Positions 47,119-55,886 of a stretch of DNA of 64,000 nucleotides are shown here, one piece after another. The DNA lies in the IMG/VR virus record IMGVR_UViG_2974506496_000001, positions 1 through 64,000 of that record; one strand, given 5' to 3'. The stretch's first letter is position 1. Every line of letters starts with the position of its first letter. Made by a program: the position numbers and the translations under genes. The notes under the pieces were generated by a model. The model had not been told where the DNA came from, did no database searches, and saw only the letters and a list, made by a program, of their open reading frames with translations. The stretch comes from a virus (Duplodnaviria; Caudoviricetes).

Positions 47119-47529
47119 ATGCGTACACTTGTTGTTGTTTTAACTGAACCGGCTGAGAACCAATCGATTGCTCTGACTATCCGCGACCCGTATCACGAGC
47201 TTACCTTTGACAAGATCGCAGGCTGGATCGAGTCGGCTACGGGCGATAGTGTATTTCGTGACAAATTCGATTTATTGTGTAACGAACACACCCTGGAAGT
47301 TTTGGTCGATGTAGTTGATGACGGTGACACACCAACGGTGCACTTCGTCTACAGCAACACCCAGTGGAAAGATTGGGTAAAGTCAGTGGCAAAAGCTTTT
47401 GTTTACAATGACCCGCATTCTCGTAACTTCTGCACGGTGAAGGCCGCAGCCGCTTTACTGACCCGTGCGAAACCAACCCTTAGTGACCAACACAGCGATC
47501 TGCGTGGCATTGCCTACGTCGAGGAGTAA
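47119..47529 (+). CDS. Hypothetical protein
   Basis: AAGGA RBS; possible distant paralog of 47532. Confidence 0.6.
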   Translation: MRTLVVVLTEPAENQSIALTIRDPYHELTFDKIAGWIESATGDSVFRDKFDLLCNEHTLEVLVDVVDDGDTPTVHFVYSNTQWKDWVKSVAKAFVYNDPHSRNFCTVKAAAALLTRAKPTLSDQHSDLRGIAYVEE

Positions 47530-47531
47530 TC

Positions 47532-47963
47532 ATGGACAACAAGATTCAAGTCGTTATCTTATCGGATGATTCGTATCAGCAACGCTTCCTGTTCCTGGAA
47601 GTCCCTGTGCTCGTGAGCAACATTGATACCGACATCACCGTCCGTAAGCTTATTAATGAAGCGACAGCAAAAGGCCGCCCTGATTTTAACGTCTCTCTGA
47701 TCAGTGCAGGGATCGGTATGATTGCCGGTTCTAATAACGTTACCATGGAATACCAGATCAAAGCGAACTGCTCAGGTGCCGCCGGTGAGATCGCTGAGTA
47801 TATCCGCACCGTAGGTAACTACGAGCGGGTACAGGTAGCAACCAAACCCCACATCGCCCTGGCGATGCTGCATAACGAAGATTGGGTAGGTAAGCAAACC
47901 ATCGATCTGATGGATGCAACCCCGTTCCTGACCATTACTCCTCTTACTGAAGAGACCTGCTAA
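47532..47963 (+). CDS. Hypothetical protein
   Basis: GAGGAG RBS. Confidence 0.6.
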   Translation: MDNKIQVVILSDDSYQQRFLFLEVPVLVSNIDTDITVRKLINEATAKGRPDFNVSLISAGIGMIAGSNNVTMEYQIKANCSGAAGEIAEYIRTVGNYERVQVATKPHIALAMLHNEDWVGKQTIDLMDATPFLTITPLTEETC

Positions 47964-47964
47964 C

Positions 47965-48921
47965 ATGGCTGAAGTCATTAAACGCTTGCCGGGGATGAAT
48001 CACCATCCGGCATACCCTGGTATCTGGGTACCCTTCAAAGGTTATCGTCTGAAGGATTACTACGACATCAAACTGAAAACCGGTGAGGTGTATAAGTGCT
48101 GGTACCCGAACGCCACCGCCTGGTCACCCCGGGGTGAGTTAGTGGAAGGTCAGCCGGGCCGGGTAGAGGATGATGATGTGGTGGAGATCCGCCTGTTACC
48201 CGATGAAGAGATCACTGACCGTTATTGGTTCAAAGGCGAAGATCGTCTGAAGCGCAATATCGATTTCTTTGGCGATGTGTTACCGGAAGTGATTACCGCA
48301 GAAGATGGCACGGTAACCTTTAAACCGATCACCCGGCGCGTGTTTGATGAGTTGGTAACCAGTAGCTGGGATGGTGAGAAAGCGATCTGGCTACGGGAGG
48401 ATGAGTTATCCGTCGAGGAGCTCAAGACCAGGCTCTGGAGTGAGAAGGGTGATATCGATCCTGATTCGATACTGGGTCAGTCATTCACCACTTATCTGAC
48501 GCTACTCTGCACCCAAGCCAAATACGAGCTTGAGTTGCTGGAAGTACCGTGGAAGGGCAGCACATTCTACATGAACCTGATGAGCCCCACTGACTATCAG
48601 CGTGAAGCATGTCTGAATGCAGTGGTCAAGCTTGAAGAACTGGCGGCGCAGAAGCAAGCTGAAGAGCGTTTGCCTTCCACACCTTATCGTGGCGTCACGG
48701 CAGCAGGTCGTGCAGCACAACGCGCCGTGGTCACGGCAGCGGCGCATACATTGGTATCTGCCTTGGATCGTAAAGCGATAGCTGGCGCCAAGCACATGAA
48801 AGGTGATCGCTTTGTTACTAAAGGCGAAGCACGGGTAGTCGATGGTCAGAAACTGACCGGGAAGCAATTACGTAAACTGCAGAAGAAACAACGGAGGGCT
48901 GAACGTGGAACAGTCGAATGA
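47965..48921 (+). CDS. Hypothetical protein with basic C-terminal tail
   Basis: 318-aa ORF ending KQLRKLQKKQRR. Confidence 0.6.
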   Translation: MAEVIKRLPGMNHHPAYPGIWVPFKGYRLKDYYDIKLKTGEVYKCWYPNATAWSPRGELVEGQPGRVEDDDVVEIRLLPDEEITDRYWFKGEDRLKRNIDFFGDVLPEVITAEDGTVTFKPITRRVFDELVTSSWDGEKAIWLREDELSVEELKTRLWSEKGDIDPDSILGQSFTTYLTLLCTQAKYELELLEVPWKGSTFYMNLMSPTDYQREACLNAVVKLEELAAQKQAEERLPSTPYRGVTAAGRAAQRAVVTAAAHTLVSALDRKAIAGAKHMKGDRFVTKGEARVVDGQKLTGKQLRKLQKKQRRAERGTVE

Positions 48922-49213
48922 AGAAATCAAACTAATCAGTGGTGATGAAGAACGTGGCGAAGCTTCGTATTTAGTCGAAAGTGAATACGAAGCCCGTGAC
49001 GCGTATCAGCATTTCATTGAGCACTATACTGGCGATTCAATCACCGATGGCGAAGATCAGTGGCATACGGTTGCCAGTGAAGGATTCCTCAGTGACCTTG
49101 ACTATCCGGTGATTGTGATCTTCTACATCAACTGGGATCATGCTGACCGTCACGAAGTGAAGTCCGTTCCCGTCAATGGTTTGAGTGCGCTTGCGCCTCA
49201 TCTGTTCAAATAA
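48905..49213 (+). CDS. Acidic hypothetical protein
   Basis: GGAGG RBS, GTG start. Confidence 0.55.
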   Translation: MEQSNEEIKLISGDEERGEASYLVESEYEARDAYQHFIEHYTGDSITDGEDQWHTVASEGFLSDLDYPVIVIFYINWDHADRHEVKSVPVNGLSALAPHLFK

Positions 49214-49238
49214 GTTCCATTAACCCAAAGAGGTAATT

Positions 49239-49532
49239 ATGTCGTTCACACTGTCAAAGAAACTCGTTCCTGTTCTGCTCACCGCAAAAGACGGCCGTAA
49301 GTACGCCGTTGTTAATGGCGGTAACCGCGCCAAGCTGACCCTCGGCTTTGATGACGGGATCAGTCAGGAGGTTGCTGTGCCTTCTGAGCAGATTCCTGAA
49401 GAAGCGCGCACCAACGGCACTAAACTGTATTTCGATGCAGAAGGTGCGGTGACGGGCTGGGATGCAGCACCGGGTGGAAAGACGAAGTCAAGCACGACTG
49501 CCGGATCAATGACCATGCGTCGTCCTGGCTAA
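49239..49532 (+). CDS. Hypothetical protein
   Basis: GAGG RBS. Confidence 0.6.
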   Translation: MSFTLSKKLVPVLLTAKDGRKYAVVNGGNRAKLTLGFDDGISQEVAVPSEQIPEEARTNGTKLYFDAEGAVTGWDAAPGGKTKSSTTAGSMTMRRPG

Positions 49533-49540
49533 ACCATCAG

Positions 49541-49566
49541 GGGGAGGGAAACCTCCCCTTATGCCG
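49541..49566 (+). terminator. Hairpin-TTATGCCG element
   Basis: GGGGAGG-GAAA-CCTCCCC followed by TTATGCCG. Confidence 0.75.
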
Positions 49567-49578
49567 TATGGAGGGGTT

Positions 49579-50109
49579 ATGAGTTTATTGATCTACACTG
49601 ACGGGTTGTTAATCGGGGATCGTCGGGGAACACGTAATGCAGAGCATGAGCGATTCATCCGTGACATGAAGAAGACCCATGTTTCGAAATGCAAGCGCTT
49701 AGCGTTAGGGGTGGTAGGGGAAGAGATTCATCCAACAGATCTGCCAAAGGTGATGACCTTCTTTATTAACTCGCTGACCGATCACTATCATCGTGAACAC
49801 GACGTGGGCTATACCCACAGCTATAGCGAAGAAGAGTCATTGGTAGCCGGTCTTGAGAATCGTCGTTTTATCCTGATGACAGCTGACCGGGCTTTTATCA
49901 TTAACTTCGGCTCTTTGACTGAGATCACTCACGAGCCCTGGTATTGCTCAGGTAACGGGATGGTGATGGCCGATGTCTTTCTGACTGCAGGGATGTCGCC
50001 AGGGAAAGTAATTGAAGCGGTGGCTAAACTTAACCTGGAAGTGGGGCATTCATTTACCCGTGTCGAACAGTCTCGCTTAAAACCCTTGATTAAGAAGGTG
50101 GAAGAATGA
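49579..50109 (+). CDS. Ntn-hydrolase/proteasome-beta (HslV-like) fold protein
   Basis: MSLLIYTDGLLIGDRR N-terminus; CSGNG..A...L.AG.S....EAV.K. Confidence 0.55.
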   Translation: MSLLIYTDGLLIGDRRGTRNAEHERFIRDMKKTHVSKCKRLALGVVGEEIHPTDLPKVMTFFINSLTDHYHREHDVGYTHSYSEEESLVAGLENRRFILMTADRAFIINFGSLTEITHEPWYCSGNGMVMADVFLTAGMSPGKVIEAVAKLNLEVGHSFTRVEQSRLKPLIKKVEE

Positions 50110-50618
50110 GTGGCATATTCGCAGCCCAAGGGCGTAACCTGGTGTTTCCTACTCAGCTGGAGAAAAGGAGTGGGCTTTACTACACCCCGCCTCCTGAAGC
50201 GTGCTGGATGCCTTGGGGGCGTTACTTCCCGCTGTCAGCAACCAGCTTCAATATCCTCGAGCATTTCATGACCGGAGAAGATCTGCCACGGGAGAGTTCA
50301 TACTCGACGCATGTGCTCGGTATTCTGGTCACACCAAACGGACTGATCTACGAATACATCAATACCGTTGAAGGGATTAGACGGCGGGTTGTTCCTTTGG
50401 GTAAAGGCGCAGTGTATTGTCGCTCCGATGATCCATTGCTGGAAGAAGCTATGACGGCAGCGATGGTAGTGCATGATCAGCTGGTCGATGCCATTACGTT
50501 AGTGAGTAAGTCACGCAAACTGATGACCCATCAGTACAAATATACAACACTGGACAAAGTATATGCGGAAATAAAGGAACGTAAACTTGTCCTGCAGCCG
50601 CCCACGAGGAACCACTAA
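50106..50618 (+). CDS. Possible divergent Ntn-hydrolase-like protein
   Basis: MSGIFAA start; AMTAAM....VDAI.LVSK; 4-bp overlap with the previous gene. Confidence 0.4.
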   Translation: MSGIFAAQGRNLVFPTQLEKRSGLYYTPPPEACWMPWGRYFPLSATSFNILEHFMTGEDLPRESSYSTHVLGILVTPNGLIYEYINTVEGIRRRVVPLGKGAVYCRSDDPLLEEAMTAAMVVHDQLVDAITLVSKSRKLMTHQYKYTTLDKVYAEIKERKLVLQPPTRNH

Positions 50619-50648
50619 TTTAACCCCTGTTTATATAGAAAGGAAAAT

Positions 50649-51095
50649 ATGAACAACTTTATTAACGATGCTTTAGATATCATTGAACTTAACGAAAGTA
50701 GTGCACGTACTGAACTCTGCCGCAAGCAGGAAGCTTCGTTACCGGCCTATATTCTCAAACTGGCGACTAGACTTGCCAAGAAGATTACCTATGCAGTTCG
50801 CTTAATGGAGAGACGCGATGAAGGGTATGTTCGTCTTGGTACTTATAGCGATCGCTGGTTACTCTGTTTTGGTGACCGCATCAGCCGTTATGGCATGCAT
50901 ACGTCGGGTAAACATGCGCTCTATCTTACCTTGGATTGGGCTACTTTTATCCGTGACCATAAGTTATTTGACGTGGCAAATCACCTACTTCAATTGGCTC
51001 TGGGCAAGTTGCTTCCTGGGCATTGTGTGTTACTGGGCGGTGAAACACCCAAACACGAATTCGAGTTCGTGATCTGCAAACAAACAACAAAATAA
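50649..51095 (+). CDS. Hypothetical protein, paralog of 51107
   Basis: Shared L...F.....L..........L......VLLG C-terminal pattern. Confidence 0.6.
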   Translation: MNNFINDALDIIELNESSARTELCRKQEASLPAYILKLATRLAKKITYAVRLMERRDEGYVRLGTYSDRWLLCFGDRISRYGMHTSGKHALYLTLDWATFIRDHKLFDVANHLLQLALGKLLPGHCVLLGGETPKHEFEFVICKQTTK

Positions 51096-51106
51096 GAGAG
51101 GGCATC

Positions 51107-51526
51107 ATGCCACAGCGTGGTACAGCACCGAACTTTGCAGAATTCACACAGCAAGAACTGGCAGAGAAGGTAATCCCGATACTGCCAGATTACTGTAACC
51201 GTCTTTGTGGGGTCATGATCAGTACATGCTTTGCGCATCGCGTTGGACTTACTGACAAATCTGTACTGCGTTTTGCTGAGTATCACTTCAACCCCACGCC
51301 CGACCTAGCGCGACAAACAGACTGGTCGGTGGAAGTGCGAAGTGAGCAGTGTGTGGTTTATGAACTCAACATCCCCAAGTTTGTCCACGAGGCTGGATTG
51401 GTAAAGCAGTTTTTAGATATCCTCTCCAGTCATCTTGAACTTTATTTCACTGACAGTAAGGTACTCCTCGGCCATGTACTCCCGCCGTGCTTCCTTACTA
51501 TCCGCATTGAGAAAACAACACCATGA
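51107..51526 (+). CDS. Hypothetical protein, paralog of 50649
   Basis: Shared C-terminal pattern; GAGGG RBS. Confidence 0.6.
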   Translation: MPQRGTAPNFAEFTQQELAEKVIPILPDYCNRLCGVMISTCFAHRVGLTDKSVLRFAEYHFNPTPDLARQTDWSVEVRSEQCVVYELNIPKFVHEAGLVKQFLDILSSHLELYFTDSKVLLGHVLPPCFLTIRIEKTTP

Positions 51527-52290
51527 ATCTTTATCTCGTCTCTGACAGTCGTTATACCCCACCGGGTGATTTCTACAACAACTGGTTAGTCCACGCTAAT
51601 AGTCGTGACAGTGCCGCGATGTTGTGTAATTCACGTTGTCTGGTTGATACCTTTGAGATTGGTAGCCTGAACTACAACAACGGCGAACTGATCATGATGC
51701 ACAAGACCGTCCAGCACACGGATGAACCGCGTCTGAAGCAGAAGGTTGGGGATGCACTGTATTATCCTTTAACGGTATCACCTGACAGCAGTGCCTTTGA
51801 CCGTATCATTGGTGAGATCGTGAACAAAGCCGCCTCTCCGTTACCGGAAGGTGTCTCTGTCGATCGCCTTCTCATCAATGCTGACAGTCCTGAAGCGCTG
51901 TTCTTTATCTCGCGCCATGACTTTGGTGCATCACGTTGTTACTACAAGATCCCCAGTGAACTCGACAGCCAAATCTCTAAACTGCTGGACTTCAATAAAG
52001 GTGAGCGTATTCCCCGTACGTCTCACGAACCGGTTGTGCTCTCCTGGCGTAGTCGTCTCTCCCTCATGATCGCGCGTCAGCATGATGATGCGTACAACCA
52101 TGAGAAGCTGGAGATCTACCGTAAAATGGCATTTGATCTGGTAGCTACCGCTACCGTCGAGGATAGCGCCACGCCTGTTGCCCTCGACCCTGATCAACCG
52201 GACTTCAAAGTCTGGATGCCGGGAATTGATGAAGAGAAGATCCATCAAGCGCTGGATACGTTAGGTGCGCCACGTCAGTTAGGGGAATAG
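51523..52290 (+). CDS. Hypothetical protein
   Basis: 255-aa ORF with 4-bp overlap. Confidence 0.6.
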   Translation: MNLYLVSDSRYTPPGDFYNNWLVHANSRDSAAMLCNSRCLVDTFEIGSLNYNNGELIMMHKTVQHTDEPRLKQKVGDALYYPLTVSPDSSAFDRIIGEIVNKAASPLPEGVSVDRLLINADSPEALFFISRHDFGASRCYYKIPSELDSQISKLLDFNKGERIPRTSHEPVVLSWRSRLSLMIARQHDDAYNHEKLEIYRKMAFDLVATATVEDSATPVALDPDQPDFKVWMPGIDEEKIHQALDTLGAPRQLGE

Positions 52291-52339
52291 CCTATTATAT
52301 AGGTTGTAACTCAATGGGATGGTGATCTTTTATCTTCCG

Positions 52340-52425
52340 CGGGTGAGGGTTAGAACCCGGCTGTGGCCGCATAGCCAAAGTCGGTTAATCAAAGTCGACG
52401 GATTTGGATTACCCGGCGTGACTTG
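52340..52425 (+). ncRNA. Candidate four-way-junction structured RNA
   Basis: CGGGTGA/TTACCCG closing stem enclosing three hairpins, in a 190-bp gap that ends at a hairpin-TTATGCCG element. Confidence 0.4.
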
Positions 52426-52478
52426 TCATTGTTTCACTTTGTTCTACTACACAAACAGCTCAACTCTCTCATAATTCA

Positions 52479-52508
52479 AGGGGTGGGGTAACTCACCCCT
52501 TTATGCCG
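52479..52508 (+). terminator. Hairpin-TTATGCCG element
   Basis: AGGGGTGGG-GTAA-CTCACCCCT followed by TTATGCCG. Confidence 0.75.
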
Positions 52509-52523
52509 CAAGGATCTATTATC

Positions 52524-52856
52524 ATGCAGGAATTCTTCAAAAGCTACGGCACGTACTTCTTTGATGTACTCATGTTTATCATGGTGTTCGCCTGGTGTTT
52601 CTGTGGCAGTGGCGGTACACGTCATGACAAAAACAAATGGTTGCGTTACGGCGCACCTGTTGCATTTGGTCTTTTTGTTGTGCTGGTCGTCCACGGGTTT
52701 GGTGCATTTGATCGTTATCTGGAAAGGAATAAGTGCGCTGACTTACCAATAGGTGTCGGTGTAATGATTGAAGACCGCTGCTACAAGCGCGTTGATGGAC
52801 CCGTGTACATATCCGCCGACAGTACCGTGTACAAGGAGAGCAATGTACATGACTGA
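52524..52856 (+). CDS. Small two-TM membrane protein
   Basis: Two TMs; AAGGA RBS before ATG 52524. Confidence 0.6.
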   Translation: MQEFFKSYGTYFFDVLMFIMVFAWCFCGSGGTRHDKNKWLRYGAPVAFGLFVVLVVHGFGAFDRYLERNKCADLPIGVGVMIEDRCYKRVDGPVYISADSTVYKESNVHD

Positions 52857-53052
52857 TTTGTGGTTGTACATTGCAATCTTTCTGCTCTGTTATATCTGGG
52901 CATTCTTCGGTCTTCCACCTACCGGTAATAAAAGAAAGCTTTATCTGTATCCGGGAATCGTTGCAGTAGCGTTCTGTTTAGGTGTAATGGCGATTAAGAA
53001 CTGCAGTGATTCAACCACACAATATCAACCGCTGTACAACGTGCATCAATAA
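52843..53052 (+). CDS. Small two-TM membrane protein, likely paralog of 52524
   Basis: AAGGAG RBS; W.F.G....K.K...Y pattern shared. Confidence 0.55.
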   Translation: MYMTDLWLYIAIFLLCYIWAFFGLPPTGNKRKLYLYPGIVAVAFCLGVMAIKNCSDSTTQYQPLYNVHQ

Positions 53053-53055
53053 CGG

Positions 53056-53083
53056 GAGGAGGCTTTGGCCTCCTCTTATGCCG
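53056..53083 (+). terminator. Hairpin-TTATGCCG element
   Basis: GAGGAGGC-TTTG-GCCTCCTC followed by TTATGCCG. Confidence 0.75.
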
Positions 53084-53153
53084 ACTATTCTTTTTTGGTT
53101 ATTTCCTACATCTACCCGCAAATCATTTAGCCCATTATACACTGGAGTTATTC

Positions 53154-53705
53154 ATGGAAAAGATTACGAGCGATACGATCCTTGCTAAGTTACGTGAGGT
53201 GGCAGAAACAAACAAAGAAAACCAACATCATAAACTCCGCTCAATAAGCCAAACCATGGCGTACAACATTGAAGCGATCGTCGAGCTGATTGCGTTATCG
53301 GGTGAGATGCACCTTGACCTGCTTGATCGACACAAGGTTGATGCGATCATAGAGCCGCATTACAAAGGCAATCAACGGGCTTATAGTCGATTGAGCCATA
53401 CCGCCTCTATTCATACGGGCATGGAATACCTTGCCGGCAACGCACACATCTATACCAACGACGACGGTAAAGAAGCGGTACGAATCATCTGCACCTTTAA
53501 ATTTAAGCGCGACTTCCTGCAACCTAGCTTATTACCTAAGGTACTTCACTACTGCCTGCGGGAGCTTAAGCCGCAACTTGCTGACAGTGGTGCTGTCCTC
53601 TTCCACACACAGGGTGAGCTGGAAGACCCTCGTCTTAAAGGCATTCCGGGCTGGCACGTCGACGCCAACGTCCGTGATAACTCCATTGTCATTACTTTAC
53701 GTTAA
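53154..53705 (+). CDS. Hypothetical protein
   Basis: TGGAG RBS. Confidence 0.6.
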   Translation: MEKITSDTILAKLREVAETNKENQHHKLRSISQTMAYNIEAIVELIALSGEMHLDLLDRHKVDAIIEPHYKGNQRAYSRLSHTASIHTGMEYLAGNAHIYTNDDGKEAVRIICTFKFKRDFLQPSLLPKVLHYCLRELKPQLADSGAVLFHTQGELEDPRLKGIPGWHVDANVRDNSIVITLR

Positions 53706-53715
53706 GGAATCATAC

Positions 53716-54426
53716 ATGATCGTTGTTGTTGTTGATACTGAATCGACTGCCTTGGATGAACTCGCGGGTATTCTTAGTTTGTCCGCTATTCGCACTAACG
53801 TGGCTGACATGAGTTGCATCAAGCACCTGATCGGTGTGCACCAAGCCGGCAAGACGCATGACGACATCTTCCATGCCGTATTAAACCTCAATGAACAATA
53901 CGTGATGGGTCGTACCTTCTTGCAAAGCACGCAGGATTGGTGGATGAAGAAAACCACCCCGGCGGCGAAGGCTTCAGTAACCGGACCAACGCAGTCTGCA
54001 AAAGATGCTTTGACAGCATTTGTGGCTTTCATCGAAAAGGCCATTGAGGCGACGATTAACGAACGCGGGGAGAAAGCGAAGGTCCAGCTGTACTACCGTG
54101 GCGACTTCGATGCTAAAGCCATTGCGTCCCTGGCAAAAGCGGTGGGTGTTGAACTCCCGTATATCTTCAATCAGAACAAAGAGATCCGCACATATATCGA
54201 TGCCAAGCTGGACACGGATATCGGTTATATCCCGTGGCTCGGTTACCCAGAAGGACTGGGGCGTCATAGCTCACTCGATGATGTTCTAATCGATGGCTTC
54301 GAGATGGCGGTGGCCTATCGCATCAATCACCTCGAAAAGTTCGATAAAAAGTCGGTGCCGGGCGAGATCGCCAAACTGAAAGAAACGTACCCTGTTCCGG
54401 AGAAAACCCATGCAAAATCTAAATGA
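53716..54426 (+). CDS. DEDDh-family 3'-5' exonuclease
   Basis: VVDTEST (ExoI), RGDFD (ExoII), HSSLDD (ExoIII); AAGGA RBS before ATG 53716. Confidence 0.8.
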   Translation: MIVVVVDTESTALDELAGILSLSAIRTNVADMSCIKHLIGVHQAGKTHDDIFHAVLNLNEQYVMGRTFLQSTQDWWMKKTTPAAKASVTGPTQSAKDALTAFVAFIEKAIEATINERGEKAKVQLYYRGDFDAKAIASLAKAVGVELPYIFNQNKEIRTYIDAKLDTDIGYIPWLGYPEGLGRHSSLDDVLIDGFEMAVAYRINHLEKFDKKSVPGEIAKLKETYPVPEKTHAKSK

Positions 54427-55132
54427 CCGTATCTTTGCCAATTATGATGGTTACATTGAAGCTATTGATGCGCATTTTAAACCTACCTATCAACTGCAGC
54501 TGGCTGAGCAAGTCATCCCGGGTGAGCAGATGGATAAGCTTGTAACCTGGATGGACCACAACGCCCATGTCAAGGGTGCAACCGTCTACCTGATGGAGTT
54601 GGTGCCTGATCTCGATAAACCGCATCCTGCACAATCAGAGATGCGTGTGTTTATTGCACTCGGTATGTTTAATCGTGAAGTCAACCCTGATTTGCCTTAC
54701 TGGTGTCATGTACATCGCCATTACCCGGTTAACCTCGCTGTCGACTTGATTGTTACTGACCTGCAAGGCGTTCCTGTAACCCATGCCGTTCTGACTGCGT
54801 TTAAGTCATTTGATCGAGCGCGTACCTACAGGGATAATCTCGGCGGTAAAGGCGGGCATCAACCGCATCACGAAATCCATACTGGCATTATTGACCAAAG
54901 TGGTAAGGTGATCTTCGAAGCCTACGGGAATATCAACTGGCATACCAAGAATGCCATTCGTCTGCTGGCCGAACGACAGATCCTGCAGGAAGATACCGAG
55001 TTGTCAGCGGTGTGGTTACTGGCGGGTTTAAAAGCAGGTGTCAACTGGAAAGTCGAAGACCATGTTGACATCATGAAAGCAATTGATACTTTCCGTCCGA
55101 GGAATACCCATGATTTTAACGGCTATGTTTAA
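54410..55132 (+). CDS. Hypothetical protein
   Basis: GGAG RBS; 240 aa. Confidence 0.6.
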   Translation: MQNLNDRIFANYDGYIEAIDAHFKPTYQLQLAEQVIPGEQMDKLVTWMDHNAHVKGATVYLMELVPDLDKPHPAQSEMRVFIALGMFNREVNPDLPYWCHVHRHYPVNLAVDLIVTDLQGVPVTHAVLTAFKSFDRARTYRDNLGGKGGHQPHHEIHTGIIDQSGKVIFEAYGNINWHTKNAIRLLAERQILQEDTELSAVWLLAGLKAGVNWKVEDHVDIMKAIDTFRPRNTHDFNGYV

Positions 55133-55874
55133 GAAGTGCTTTGGTGCTTCATCTGTCTATAAAGAAGATGACGGCAGCACGCGTATTACCGCCGACCAGT
55201 ATGAGCTTACGCTGGGGCGATCCTACAACCCTAAGCTTAAGCGTAAGGTAGGTCGGGGATTTGGCTTCTATGTCGAAAATGGTGAGAAGCTCGAGTTCGT
55301 CCTGCGGGGTTACTGGTTTGTGTTGATTGCCTGGAGCAAGAAGCGCAAATCACTCAAGTGGGACGAAGTGGAGAATGCACCGACCTACGGCTTCAATGTT
55401 GTCGACTCTGACTTAGCGATCTATCTGGGCAACGAATCCGCTAAGTCAGACAAACACATCAGCATGCGTAGTCGCAGCAAATACATCCCCCTGCCTTGGG
55501 CCTGGGTCTTCCATAAGCGTGAAGTGTTAACCACCCGTGACACCTGGGCTGATGTCAAAGAAGGTGCGCTGTCTCAAGAGTGGTCGTTCCCCGCCACATA
55601 CATCACCAAGCACAATGAAGTGCAAGAGTTGATGGTCGAAGCGAAGATGGAGCGCATGAGTTGGCGCCTGGCATGGCTGCCTTGGTTCGCGCCGGTTAGC
55701 AAGAAAGACCGCTCGGTAAGTTACAAGTACCACGGGAACGGCGGTAACGGAGTTGGTCACGATGCCAGTGGGTGGAAAGGCGGGGTCATCGGCGGTGGCA
55801 TTATCATGCGGGACAATGAACACAACCCGAAAGAAACATTCGACCGTTTAATTAAAGAGCAGCATTACGGCTAA
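55110..55874 (+). CDS. Hypothetical phage protein
   Basis: GAGGA RBS; Trp-rich, GWKGG motif. Confidence 0.55.
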   Translation: MILTAMFKKCFGASSVYKEDDGSTRITADQYELTLGRSYNPKLKRKVGRGFGFYVENGEKLEFVLRGYWFVLIAWSKKRKSLKWDEVENAPTYGFNVVDSDLAIYLGNESAKSDKHISMRSRSKYIPLPWAWVFHKREVLTTRDTWADVKEGALSQEWSFPATYITKHNEVQELMVEAKMERMSWRLAWLPWFAPVSKKDRSVSYKYHGNGGNGVGHDASGWKGGVIGGGIIMRDNEHNPKETFDRLIKEQHYG

Positions 55875-55886
55875 GAAGGAAAGCAC

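Noticed and set aside
46077-52523. ORF-track starts MPG.. (46077), MPY.. (49561), MPQ.. (52503)
   Set aside because: The ATG is part of the TTATGCC element and has no RBS; downstream ATGs at 46128, 49579 and 52524 have good RBSs.
53431-53715. N-terminal extension of the exonuclease ORF overlapping 53154-53705
   Set aside because: The DEDDh motif begins right after ATG 53716, which has an RBS; the extension looks like a chance open frame.
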